Source: the human T2T-CHM13v2.0 reference genome, Homo sapiens. From it: 64,000 nt of DNA. Position 1 is the first letter of the stretch; the number at the start of each line of letters is the position of its first letter. The notes under the pieces are model-generated. The model saw only the letters and a list, made by a program, of their open reading frames with translations, ran no database searches and was not told where the DNA came from. Shown piece after piece: positions 17,449-30,978 of this stretch. The translations under genes were made by a program, and so were the position numbers. The stretch lies in the NCBI RefSeq assembly GCF_009914755.1, contig NC_060941.1; one strand, given 5' to 3'.

Positions 17449-19224
17449 AATGTCTATTAACTTTGCCAATGAATTATGCATTTCTGTAGCGAGGCTTTGA
17501 TATACTTGGGCTTGTGCAGGAGGTGGAGTGTAGAAATTCCTCCTGTACAGGGCTTGCATTGGCGGCAGCTGCTTTAAGAACCCAGAAACTTTTGTCCTCT
17601 CTGTAGGCTAGCTCACTGTGAAAATATCCCATGGATTTTACCTAAAATTGCTTACAGAGAGTGGCATTATACTTCTATAGATAACTGCATCAGTAACCAG
17701 AGAGGAGAAGTACAGCAGTAGACTACTCTCTACCCCCTGGTAGGAGTAGTAGCACATCACAGTTTCAGCATGTTCAATCTTGAGCAAAGAACATGATGTG
17801 ATTGTTTCTGGGTATGTCTGTATATGGGGGGTGATTTTGTAGGGGAATTTATACATACAGTTTATTGCAGCAGGCACATAAAATACTTCCCAGAAGAAGA
17901 TAATTCAGTGCATAATAAGAGCACCACATCTTTCCAGAACTTCAATCAACCACTGCTACACAAATAGGATTTGCTAAGCCACTCCTGAAAACTGTAGGAC
18001 TAGAGTGCTTTCAAATGGTCTTTGCCGTGGGAGAAAACAGGCTACCTAAGCTGAATTATAGAAAGTAAAGAGATTCTGGAAGGTACCATCATCAGTTTTC
18101 TGGGAAGCATGTGAAGGACATGACTTGGAAGAATGGGTCCAGACTTTTGAGCACAAAGCCAGCAGCTCCACCCTGAAGACCATCATTTGGCTCATAAGTC
18201 CTGACTTCTGAAGCAAGTGATCTCCCTCCGTATGCATGCCATGTTGGCCATGCAGTTTCTATGAACTCCTCCATAGTGATGAGAAGTGAATGAGCCCCAA
18301 CTGAAGCCATCATCTCATTTATGGGACAGGATCACACACAGGGTGGTGCTACTTTCTAGAGCCAAATCTCAAGTAAGGTGTCCAGGGGTCAGTTGCAACA
18401 GAAGGCACATTAGCCACAGCAGTCTCAGAGAACACTGCTAGAAGAAGAACCTACACATGGCCATGCAATGAGGCTGAGGGGCAGGCCTAAGTGGAAGCAG
18501 ACCAAGTAAAGAGGTCAGAGAGCCCATGGAAGGAGAAGAGGGAAAGACAGTTCCAAGAGTAAAGCAGCCTAGGTTAAGGTGCAGAAAATTCAGCATGGAT
18601 ACTTTTAAGAGAGCTGTGCAAGGCTCTCCTTACCTAAAATCACACTCCGTATACAGACATACCCACAAACAATCACATCATGTTCTTTGCTCAAGATTGA
18701 ACTTGCTGAAACTGTGATGTGCTACTACTCCTACCGGGGGTAGAGGGTAGTCTGCTGCTGTACTTCTCCTCTCTGGTTACTGATGCAATTATCTATAGAA
18801 GTATAATGCCGCTCTCTGTAAGCAATTTTAGGTAAAATCCATGGGATATTTTCACAGTGAGCTAGCCTACAGAGAGGGCAAAAGTTTCTGGGTTCTTAAA
18901 GCAGCTGCCGCCAATGCAAGCTCTGTACAGGAGGAATTTCTTTTTTTTTTTTCGTTTTATTATTATACTTTAAGTTTTAGGGTACATGTACACATTGTGC
19001 AGGTTAGTTACATATGTATACATGTGCCACGCTGGTGCGCTGCACCCACTAACTCGTCATCTAGCATTAGGTATATCTCCCAATGCTATCCCTCCCCCCT
19101 CCCCCCACCCCACAACAGTCCCCAGAGTGTGATGTTTCCCTACACTCCACCTCATGCACAAGCCCAAATATATCACAGCTTCTCTACAGAAATGCATAAT
19201 TCACTGGCGAAGTTAATAGACATT
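17449..19224. repeat. ~400-bp inverted repeat: arm 1 17449-17846, arm 2 18626-19224 (arm 2 interrupted by L1), ~780-bp spacer
   Basis: e.g. GGCTAGCTCACTGTGAAAATATCCCATGGATTTTACC (arm 1) versus GGTAAAATCCATGGGATATTTTCACAGTGAGCTAGCC (arm 2). Confidence 0.95.
18941..19140 (-). mobile_element. Young L1 (L1PA2-like, non-Ta) 200-bp 3' fragment
   Basis: Poly(T), then reverse complement of GCTAGATGACGAGTTAGTGGGTGCAGCGCACCAGC and GCACAATGTG. Confidence 0.88.
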
Positions 19225-20131
19225 GGCCAAGAGGATGATCTCCTCACTATGGAATCAGCTACAGTCTTAGGTAGCATGCAAACTCCAGTCTGACTCCAAT
19301 CCCTTATATCTTCCATCGTAAAGTATTATTGCCAACTTTGTTTCTTTCCAATTTTTGTATGTTCTGCAGTTTATGTAAAGGCTAGCAAAAACATGAATAC
19401 TTTATTATACATATGGCAAATAGTCTCAAATTGTAATGACTCATTTTTATCCTCTTATACTGTTGTAAAATTCAGAACAACATGTATTCACTATAGGAGT
19501 ATGAAAATTCTTTTTACCAATGTACATTTTAAATAACATTGTGGTAAAGAGAAGCTACATATTTCACATTCTGATTCAACTCACTGTATCCAACGAGTAA
19601 AAGATCCTAGAAAGAATCTTACATTTCTAAAATTCTTATAGACTAAGAGTGAGCGATAGGAACAATAAAAATATTTCTGTAAGTGCTCTTGGTAAACAGT
19701 CTTAAAGTCAGAAGAACACTTATCCAAAATGCCCTACATTATTGTGCAATCAAAGTAGATAACTTTAACTTCAAAAACAACTCAGTCTTCCAACCCAATT
19801 CTTAAAACTCTAAGCTCTTCACAAAAAATTTTTAGCCAATTTAAACTTATTTCTACACTCAGTTATGTTTAAAACAACATAATGTTTGCATAATTTTTTA
19901 AAAAACATTCTAACTCAATGTTTTTATTTATCTAATATTAATTACCAGATATAAAATCTTTAAAGTAGCCCAATATTTTTCAAAATAATTTCTGCATAGA
20001 TGATTGTCATTCAGTTTATAAAGGTTTATTTATAATTTTGTGATAGGAATAAGAAAAGACAAAACCTCTGAAACAAACTCACACACAAAAGCAAAATACA
20101 AAACAAAACAGAAAAAATACAGTGAACTTAC

Positions 20132-20380
20132 TTCTGGGAAAATGGAAGCAAGGAATCTAGAGGTATGGTTTATCCACTGAGCTCCTTGTTTAGAAGAAAG
20201 TTATTCATATTTTCTCCTGGTCTCTACCATGTATCTAGAATTTGCTTTAACTATTTGACTTCTGTGAAAAGTTTCTGTGAAGACTGCTTTCAGAGTGGAG
20301 GTTATGATCTCAATTCTGTTGGCCCTGCCAAACATCACATTCACGTCATCATGCTTGGACTGTTTGTCTTCTCATTGATA
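20132..20380 (-). other. ABCA8: ABCA8 non-coding first exon; 3' boundary firm, 5' boundary/TSS uncertain (~20300-20380)
   Basis: Consensus donor GAA|GTAAGT (plus ACTTAC 20126-20131) in unique sequence; conserved in the paralogous copy at 30365. Confidence 0.7.
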
Positions 20381-20520
20381 TTCGGCCAGTTCCTGCAGAG
20401 CAGTGGCATTTATACTGGGTTGCCTGGCTATATCATATTATAGGGAGCAATTTCTCTTTTACGTCCAAGATTATTGTGGCTAATACCAAAATTTAAAGTG
20501 CTGTCTTTAAGCCATGAGAA
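20380..20520 (-). promoter_or_regulatory. Putative ABCA8 core promoter; TATAAA on minus at 20414-20409
   Basis: Motif and position only; no CpG island. Confidence 0.4.
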
Positions 20521-20659
20521 AGTAAACAGCTTAATCAGAGAAAAGCTCTTCTCTCTACCCAGAGCTCTAGTCTGCTTAATTGACAGCTTTACCTAGATAA
20601 TCAAAATTTTCATTCCTCTGCTTCCCAGCTTCATTTTCACTCAGTTCAGACTATTTTCC

Positions 20660-21260
20660 AATTTATTTGACCCACGGATTAATCAGAAATGTGCTTAATT
20701 TCCAAGTGTCTGAAGATTTTCTTATCTTTTGGTTATTGATTTAATTTTAAATCAGAAGTTCAATTATACTCAGAAAAAATATTTTGTATGTCAAATTTGT
20801 TAAGGCTTATTTGATGACCCAGGATATGATCTATCTTGGCAGATATTCCATAGGCACTTGAAAAGTTGTATAGTTTTTTGGTGTTGAGTGGAATATTATA
20901 TAATATCTATTACATTTAGTTGGTTGATGATATTGTTCAGTTTTTTCTATATTTTTCCTAATTTTCTGTCTCCTAGTTCTGTTGATTACTAAGAGAGGAA
21001 TGTTGAAGATTTTAACAAAACTTAGGGACTTTCAAATTTCTCCCTTTAAAACTATCATGTTTTGCCTGATGTATTTTGCAACATTTGGAATTGTTATGTC
21101 TTCTTGGTGAATTGACCCTTTTATCATTATGTAATGTTAATCTTTATCTCTAGTAACTTTTGTGTTCTAAAGTCTACTTTGTTTCATATTAATAATATAG
21201 CCATTCTTACTTTCCTGTGATTATTGTTTTCATGGTATTTTGTTTTCATCCGTTTATTTT

Positions 21261-21299
<39 letters not shown>

Positions 21300-21950
21300 T
21301 ATGCTTTCAGAGTGGCAGTTATGATCTCAATTCTGTTGGCCCTGCCAAACATCACATTCATATTATATGTGTATGCGTGTGTGTGTATGTGTGTGTGTGC
21401 GTCTGTGTTTGTTATTATTTTTTTAAGATGATGGTCTTGCTATGTTGCCAAGGCTGGACTTGAACTCCTGGGTTCAAGTGATCTTCCCATCTCAGACTCC
21501 TGAGTAGCTGAAACTACAGATACATGCCACTATACCCAGCTCTAAATTGTATTTCAAGTGAGTTTCTTGTAGATGGCATATAATAGAGTCATGAGTTTGG
21601 TTTTTAAAATCCAATTTGACAATGCACATCTTTTAATGGGTGTGTTTAAATTATTTTCATTTTATGTAGCTATTGATTTTTAAAATCAGATCTGCCATTT
21701 TGTTATTTGCTTCTTTTCTCTCTGGTTTTAATTCTCCTATTTCCCATTTTCTGCTTTCTTGTTGGTTATTTGAAATTATTTTTTGGTATTGCATTTCAAC
21801 GTATCTATTATGTTTCTTAACTGTATCTATTTGTATAGTTATTTTAGTGGTCACTCTCAGGATTACAAAAGACATACTTAACTTGACATGCTTTACCCAG
21901 AATTAATATTTCTTCATTTTAAGTGAAATATATAAACCTTACTATGATAT
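20660..21950 (-). mobile_element. Old L1M fragment interrupted by a microsatellite/59-bp insert and a FLAM/Alu monomer (~21420-21542)
   Basis: T-rich antisense L1M-like motifs (TGAATTGACCCTTTTATCATTATGTAATG). Confidence 0.65.
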
Positions 21951-21959
21951 ACAGACAAA

Positions 21960-23325
21960 ATAGGAAGGAGGTCAACAAGGGTGCTGCTCAGTAACTATAT
22001 AACCAGAAGGGGAAGAAATAGAGGAGTAAGAGGCTCAACATGGTCTCCATCACCCCAATAAAAAGTCATGATCTCTTGCTCAGCTCCTAGTCCTAAGCTA
22101 CTTTTCAGATACAGAACATATTGATTAAAAAACTAGTCAGACCCCTAGAAGAAAAGATCTTGCAACATCTTGACAAGTATATACTGTGGTGATTATACTT
22201 CCTAGTCCTCCCTCAAAGGGACCTAAAGCCATTATTTGGGTGATTATACACTGAAGAAAGAAAAATCCCCAGACATGTCAAGGGTTGTTGGGCATAAAGT
22301 CAGAGTGGACATTGATAACTGCAACCCACACTAAGGCCCTACAGCTAGATTGAGAATATAGAGCCAAGGTCGTAAATGGAGTTCCGGTTAACAAGCAGCT
22401 CTGCCTCGTCTCACTGGACTTATGGACATACCCAGTGGTGATTTTGCTGTCACCAAATGTGCTGTTAGAATTGACATATCTAGTAGTTAGAATAACTTCC
22501 ATGCTGAGTCCTTGGCCTGTAGGGTAAAAACTATCATAATGCAGAAGGGAAAGTGGGCACCTTTGACAATTCTCCCAACTTTATCCCCAGCCATGACACT
22601 TAATCAAGAACAGTATTCCACATGGGGAGAAGAAATGCAGAGACCAATGCCACAAATAGTGACATAAGGATGAAAGGTAGTGGTGCCTAGCACACCTTAA
22701 TTTAATTTGCCAGCCTGATCCTTGCAGAAGCCAGAAAGATTCTAGAGAATGCTTAGACTATCTCAAGCTCAAACAACTAGTGGTCCTAATTAGAGTTGCT
22801 TTGTCAGACATGGTATCTATTCCTAGAGCAGATACATGATTTTTAGCCAGCGATTAGTCAGATGCATTCTTCTCTATTCTGATTAGAAAAGAGCATCAAA
22901 AACAGTGCACAATCAGATAGATTAGGTAATATTATTTCTTTACAGTTTTCCCTCAGTGCTCTATTGACCCCCTAGCTTTTTTTATAATATAGTCTTAAGA
23001 GGTCTGGACCATGTAGACATCCACAGAATATCATATTGACACATTGATGGCATCATGCTGATCAGACAAGATGAGCAAGATGTGACTAGCATGCTGGAGG
23101 TTTTGGTAGTACACATGTTTTAGAAAGTGGGAGATAAACCCTGTGAAGATTCTGGAGGTTTTCACTTCGGCAAAGGTTTTATGGATCCAGTGGCTAGGGG
23201 TGCTTTGCCTATCTCCTTCAAAGTGAAAGAAAAATTACTGTATCTTGCAGCCTCAACCAGTAAGAAGAAAGGTCAGCATCTGTGATGTCTCTTTAGATTC
23301 TAATGGCAACACATTCAATGGCTGG
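21960..23325 (+). mobile_element. Degraded ERVL internal (pro-pol) relic
   Basis: Protease-like region at ~22220-22320; RT YIDD-like remnant CACATTGATGGCATCATGCTGATC (HIDGIMLI) at ~23040. Confidence 0.65.
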
Positions 23326-23326
23326 T

Positions 23327-23968
23327 TATATATATTATATATATATATAATTATATTATATAAATATATAATATATAATATAATTATATATATAATATAT
23401 ATAATATATAATATAATTATATATAATATATAATATATATATAATTATATATAATATATAATATATAATATAATTATATATAATATATAATATATATATA
23501 AAATATATAATATATATAATTATATATAATATATAATTATATATTATATATATTATTTATATATTATATAATTATATATTATATATAATTATATATTATA
23601 TATATTTATATATTATATAATTATATAATATAATATAGTATATAAAATATATATAATATTTAATATATATAATATTAAAATATTAAAATATATATTATAT
23701 ATAATATATAATATTAAAATATATATTATATTATATATATATTATATTATATATATATTTTATAATATAATATAATATAATAATATAATATAATATAATA
23801 ATATAATATTATATATTATTATTATATAATAATAATATAATATAATATAATATAATAATAATAATATAATAATATATATTATGTATACTGACTCATAAAT
23901 ACATACTGACTCATATATATATTATATAATTATATAATATATATTAAATTTTATATGTATATTATATA
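23327..23968. repeat. ~640-bp almost pure AT low-complexity tract ((TA)n/(TATAA)n)
   Basis: Direct reading. Confidence 0.97.
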
Positions 23969-23979
23969 TAAAGACTTTA

Positions 23980-24416
23980 GGTTACTGTTGAGAAGGCATG
24001 ACTGGTTTTGAAATATAAGGATATGATATTTAGAAGGGGCCAGGGGCAGAATGATATGGTTTGATTTTGTCCCCACCCAAATTTCATCTTGAATTGTAGC
24101 TCCCATAATTTCCACGTGTCATGGGAGGGACCCAGTGGGAGGCAACTGAATCATGAGGAGTGGGTCTTTTCCGTGCTCTTCTCATGATAGTGAGTAAGTC
24201 TTACAAGATCTGATAGTTTTATAAAGGGGAGTTCCCCTGCACATGCTGTCTTGCTTGCCACCATGTAAGATGTGACTTTGCTCCTCATTTGTCTTCTGCC
24301 ATGATTGTGAGGCTTCCCCAGCCATGTGGAACTGTGAGTCAATTAAACCTCTTTCCTTTATAAATTACCCAGTCTCAGGTATGTCTTTATTAGCAGCATG
24401 AGAGCAGACTAATACA
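23980..24416 (+). mobile_element. THE1 (MaLR) internal 3' stub with PPT and 3' LTR (24052-24416)
   Basis: AGGGGCCAGGGGCAGAA|TGATATGGTTTG...CTAATACA. Confidence 0.88.
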
Positions 24417-24947
24417 GATACCATCTCACACCAGTCAAAATGGCCATTTTAAAAAAGCCAGTAAATAATAGATGCTGGCTAGGCTGCAGAGAAAAGGGAG
24501 TGCTTATACACTGTTGGTGGGAATGTAAATTAGTGCAGCCGCTGTGAAAAGCAGTTTGGAGATTTCTTAAATAACTTAAAAAAAGAATAACAGAATAATC
24601 ATTCAACCCAGCGATGTCTTTACTAGGTATATACCCAAAGGAAAATTAATCATTTTACAAAAATGACACGTGCACTTGTATGTTCATGGCAGTGCCATTC
24701 ATAATGGCAAAGACTTGGAATCAACCTAGGTGCCCATCAACAGTGGTTTGGATGAAGAAAACTTGGTATATATACACCATGGAATACTACACAGTCATAA
24801 AAAAGAATGAAATCATGTCCTTTGCAGCAACATGGATGCAGCTGGAGGCCATTATCCTAAGTGAACTAACACAAAAACAGAAAACCAAATACTGCATATT
24901 CTCACTTATAACTGGCAGCTAATCATTGAATACACATAGACATAAAT
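24417..24947 (+). mobile_element. L1PB/L1MA ORF2 end and 3'UTR fragment
   Basis: GATACCATCTCACACCAGTC; CATGGATGCAGCTGGAGGCCATTATCCTAAG. Confidence 0.85.
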
Positions 24948-25164
24948 GTATTTTAACACATTATTATTCCCACTTAGATTCTGTGTAATATTTAACCATT
25001 TAATTACATCAACAAATAAAAGCCTTTAGAAATTGATGTATCTAGCACAATTAAGGGGTAATTTGTTTATGATTACAGGAGTCATTTCATTTACACTAAT
25101 TTGATGTGAGGAGACAATCAAATTCCTTTTTTCCTATAAGAAAAACTTAATTCCGGGAGGCTTA

Positions 25165-25260
<96 letters not shown>

Positions 25261-26744
25261 TCAAAAAAATAAATAAATAAAATAAAATAAAAATTAAAAC
25301 TTAACCCTCACATTTTTTCTTTAAAAACATTACACTATTGAAATAGAATAGAATTTTGGACCTCAATGTTTCTATGCTTTTTGACAATGTAAAGATTATA
25401 TCAAGAATAACATTGACTCCTTGTGCACATGTGTGAAACTATGTCGAGCTGATGTATCCAGAAAAGAAATTGCAGCGATATTGGGTATAGAATTTCCAAT
25501 CTCAACCTCCTTCTTGTTGTGGAATAGAAATTTAGTTCCACCTTCTCTGTTCATAATACATAAGAGTAGATAATCAGATATGAGGTGATTAAATATATAA
25601 ACTGATTTCACAGTTACCATGGAAAGACCATAATATGTTTGGACGAGGTGGGGGAAAGAGTCTCCCTCTGAACTGAGATTTGAATAGGCTTTAGATAGAC
25701 TAAAAACCCATGGCCTGTCTTCTTCAACTTCCCATCATTGATCATCTGGGAGAATCAAAATGGCCTGGATTATAAAGTGATTACAATTAGTAGGGCAGGC
25801 ATACTAAATAAAAATGGGGTGAGTGTGCTTGGATGGGAAAAACTGGGGTGCAGAGAAATATTTCCTGTTTTGGAGGCTTCGTTCATAGCGAGCCTGAGGA
25901 TGCAGATGATATGGAACATGAGCCCCACCAGGATATACATCCTCCTGCACAGTCTTCCCTGATCAGTGCTGTCTATTGCCCTAGGCACCATCCTCAGCCA
26001 CTCTGTGTTAGGCACTTAGGACAGTTCTGTTCAAAGCATGATTGCTTTCTGGTCAGTGAAGAAATAGTAAAGAAATGAGAGTCTGCTTTTGAAGCTTTTG
26101 TAGCAACTTAACATTTCTGCAATGTCGTGGTACATGTTTTATATTTTTTAAAAGTATTCATCTGCAGACTAGAAATAAAAGAGTCCTTCAGCACAGATAG
26201 TTTGAGAGATGCTACTGTAGAGTGCCCTGGGAGGATGGGATTCTTCTAGACATTGACGGCTCCCTGGAGTGGTGCTGGAGCTTGCTGAGATAGGGACGCG
26301 GGGATTGCTGTGGAACAGCATGTTGTGAAAACAGGCACAGATGGGCTGTTGCCACGTACTCAGTATTTGGCAGGCCCAGGCACCCTGCCCCGGGGAGACA
26401 GAGCAACAGCTGTCATTTCCAAAAATGTGACACAAATATGACTTTCGTTTTTTATTGTATGTGTATGCATGTGTGCATGCGCATGTGTGGTTGGTGTGTG
26501 GGTAAATAATATTGGTGAGGGAGTTAGCAGTGCAGAGACGCAGAGATGAATCTAATGAATTTATATTTGGAGGCCCTTGAAAGGAGCCCTGTGCATGCAT
26601 AATCAGGAAGCAGAAGTGCAGTCGTAGGCCAGTCCCATCCTCTGGTGGAAACAGCAAATTACAGCCTTAGCACTTCTCACCTGTAGCAAAAGAAATGTAT
26701 GCTGCACCTGGGAGGGGTAGGAGAACTTCTTAGAATTTGGTGGG

Positions 26745-26803
26745 TTTATTAGTCAGGGTTGTGTAGAGAAACAGAACCAATGAGATGAATATGTTAGATA
26801 GAT

Positions 26804-26849
<46 letters not shown>

Positions 26850-27350
26850 GATGATAGATGATATAGATAGATGATAGATGATAGATAATAGATGATACAT
26901 AGATAGATATAGCAAATAGATCTATAGATATGACAGAGAGAGAATGAGAGAGATTTACATTAAAGAATTGGCTCACATGATTGTGGGGGCTGCAAATCCT
27001 ACATCTGTAGAATTTGCTGGCAGGATGGAAATTCAGGTAAGAGTGGATATTGTAGCCTTGAGTCGAAAGTCCACAGGGCAGCAAGCTGGAAACTCAGGCA
27101 AGGTTTCTAGGTTGCAGTCTTAAGAAGAATTTCATATTCTTTAGGAAACCTCAGTCTGTGTTCTTAGGGTCTTCAACTGATTGAATGAAGCACAAACATT
27201 ATGGAAGGAAATCCGGTTTACTCAAAGTCTGCTGGATTAAGCATTAATCCCAACTAAAAAACGCCTTCACAGCAACATTTAGACTACTGTTCAGCCAAGT
27301 ATCTGGGCACCATAGCTCAGATAAGTTGACGTATAAAATTCACCATCACA
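26745..27350 (-). mobile_element. MLT2 (ERVL) solo LTR containing a (GATA)n microsatellite at ~26795-26900
   Basis: TATTAGTCAGGGTT...GAGAAACAGAACCAAT start and ...AAAATTCACCATCACA end. Confidence 0.82.
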
Positions 27351-28078
27351 AGGGAGGAATTTATATATACACTTTATTGCAGCAAAATCTTTACAGTTTA
27401 ACGTTTTGTACTTTTCCCAGAAGGAAACGTTTCAGTGCAGAGTTGAATATCGCATCTTTCCGTAGCTCATACAAATCCCATACAACTTTGATTTACTGAG
27501 CCTCTCCTGAAAACTGGACAACTTAAGTGTTCATGAAAGGTTTTAATTGCTTAAGAAAATAGACTGTTTGTGTGAATTACAAAGAAAAAGGGATTTTAGA
27601 AGGAACATTGGTACTCCGGGAAGCAGGTTGGGGCAAGGCTTGCATAAGTGAATCAGAAGTTTTAGGCACGAAGTCAGCACCTCTGTCATGGCCTATGTCA
27701 GTTGAGTCTTTACCTTTGCCTCGTGCCTGGCCTTCAGACCCTGTGAGCCCGCTCCGGGACAGGGTTACGGCCAATCCAGCAGAGATTCTGGCAAAGCATC
27801 CCGGGAATGAGAGTGAGAAAGGCCCAAAGCAGTCAAGGCCCAAAGACAACCCTCGACCCCATCTCTCCAAATGTCAGCCCTCAAGATCTCAGGCTCTCTG
27901 GACCTCAATCTCCATGCCACTTCAAAGGCCCCAAATTTCAGCCCCAGCAGCTCCAGCTCATAGCCCTAGGTCTTCAGAGATCACTCCAGTAACTCCCAAA
28001 TATCACCCCAGGGATCCAGTTCTGACAGCCAAGACCACTCCTCTCATAAAATAATCGCAGATATTAGGTGAAGATCCC

Positions 28079-28176
28079 CAAAGCCCCAAGGAAACCCTAA
28101 ATCTCATCCTGAGGACACCGATCCCACCAAAGCCCCGAGGAAACCCCAAATTTCATCTCGAGGACACCAGTCCCAC
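28079..28176. repeat. 49-bp tandem duplication, 2 copies
   Basis: CAAAGCCCCAAGGAAACCCTAAATCTCATCCTGAGGACACCGATCCCAC / CAAAGCCCCGAGGAAACCCCAAATTTCATCTCGAGGACACCAGTCCCAC. Confidence 0.9.
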
Positions 28177-28648
28177 CGTTAGGAACCGGGACCTCAACCC
28201 ACAGCACCCGGATTCCGAGAACAGAGGCTTCGGGGCCAAATGGGCTGAATCCAGTACCTCACTCCCACGCCCCCGGGTGGACAGCAACCCTCCTCCACCG
28301 CGTCCCCTCGTGGGTTTTAGGTCCTATATTTGAGGGATGTGGCCTCCTCCTTTTATATCATGTTGGCCAAGAATGATCTACACAGTCATCATGGAATATT
28401 GCATGGAGATAAGGAGTGGCTGTGCCCCTGCCTGAAGGGCTCATCCCATTCATGAGGCAGGATGACCCTCAAGGCAGTGCTACTCCCTAGAGTCAAAGCT
28501 CAGGTAAGGTGTTTAGGGGCCAGTTGCAACATGAAGCACATTAGCCAAGGCAGTCTCAAAGAGTATTGCCAGAGGAAGAATCTACACCTGGCTGTTTAAT
28601 GAGGTTGAAAGGCAAATCTAGGTCAAGCAGGCCAAGTAAAGAGGTCAG

Positions 28649-28940
<292 letters not shown>

Positions 28941-29594
28941 TCAGAAAGCCCATGAAAAACATTTGGAGGGAAGAAGTTAGTCCAAGAATAAAAGCATTAG
29001 GTCAGGGCGTCTAAGATCCCCAAGGATTGGTCCTGGCTGTGTAGACACTTAAAGAGATTGTGCAAGGCTGGACAGGAGGGTGAGCTGGCCAAAAAGGTGA
29101 TCTGCTAACTGTGGAATCAACCACCGCCCAATGTCCTGGATAACTGAGTCTGACTCGCAATGGTTAGGCTTACCATTGTAAATCAGTCTTGAAGTATAAA
29201 CAAGTTCATTAAACTACCCCTCCTGTTTACATTTTCTTTTATTCCCTGATTCATGTAATCTCTGTAGCTCATATCTAAATAAAAAATAATAACATGGACT
29301 TGTTATTATGCATGTCGTGGTTTACTTCTAACTGTAAAGTTTCTGATTATTCTCCTGTCATGCTGATCTTCATGTCAGAAGAAAACGCTTTGCTATTCAC
29401 CATGAGTGCAGAAAACTGCTTACTAGAAACGATTCTAAACAGCAAAGGATGTATATTTGAAATAATAGGGTTGTAATGAAAAAGTACATATTTCTCAATC
29501 TCATTCAATACATTGTACCCGTAGAGTAAAAGATATAGAAAAGCATCTTATGTTTTAAAAATGTAAGTCTGAGAGTGAAAAACAGAGACAATAA

Positions 29595-30110
<516 letters not shown>

Positions 30111-30625
30111 TCACTAAGTTCCTCATAGTCAGTCCATAAATTCCCAGCTTCTTCACATATTCGCATTTTTTGTCTTAACATGATATAATAGTTAAAAAAA
30201 TTTAAAAATTAATAATTAACCAAGTTTTTTTTTCTTGTAGACTATATCAGCCATTATTCAGAAACATTAATTCATTGTTTTAAAAATAATTTCTCTAGAG
30301 ATGTTTGGCACTTAGTATATGAAATCATTTATAATTGAATAATACAAACAAAACAGAAAAAAGAACTTACTTTTGGGACATCTGAAGAAAGTGACCTACA
30401 AACTCAGTTTATCCCTGAGTCTCATTATTTTTAGGAAAATGGTCTCTATGTCATCTCTATGTTATGTTTGACTTGTCTTGCTTGAGTCTGTTTTCCAGAA
30501 AGATTGTGATCCTTGGCCTGTTGAATATGAAATTTACATGATCACTCTTGGGAAAAATTCCTTTTTTAGTGACTGCAAGCCAGGTCCTGTGGCCGAGAAG
30601 CATCAGCTGTACTTGGTTGACTGAC

Positions 30626-30978
30626 TGTATTACTCTGTTTTCATGCTGCTCATAAAGACATACCTGAGACTTGGCAATTTACAAAAGAGGTTTAACAGAC
30701 TCACAGTGTCAAGTGGGTGGGGGTGCCTCACAATCATGGCGGAAGGTGAAAGGCATGTCTCACATGGTGGCAGACAAGAGAAGAGAGCTTGTGCAGGAAA
30801 ATTTCCTCTTATAAAACCATCAGACCTCATGAGACTTACTCACTATCACAAGAATAGCACGGGAAGGACCCACCCCCATGATTCAATTACCTCCAACCAG
30901 GACCCTCCACAACATGTGGGAATTATGGGAACTACAATTCAAGATAAGATTTGGGTGAGGTCACAGCCAACCATATCA
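30626..30978 (-). mobile_element. THE1/MST solo LTR with 5-bp TSD CTGAC
   Basis: TGTATT...CCATATCA termini; CTGAC at 30621-30625 and 30979-30983. Confidence 0.9.

Noticed and set aside
18841-19293. 150-aa ORF
   Set aside because: Chance read-through of the inverted-repeat arm and the antisense L1 stub
25396-26657. Minus-strand ORFs as possible relic ABCA coding exons downstream of the orphan exon 1
   Set aside because: No recognisable ABCA peptide similarity by eye; a tBLASTn search would be needed to exclude it fully
27572-28054. 160-aa plus-strand ORF
   Set aside because: GTG start, Pro/Ser-rich, no recognisable domain; explained by the GC-rich, stop-poor insert and spans its junction
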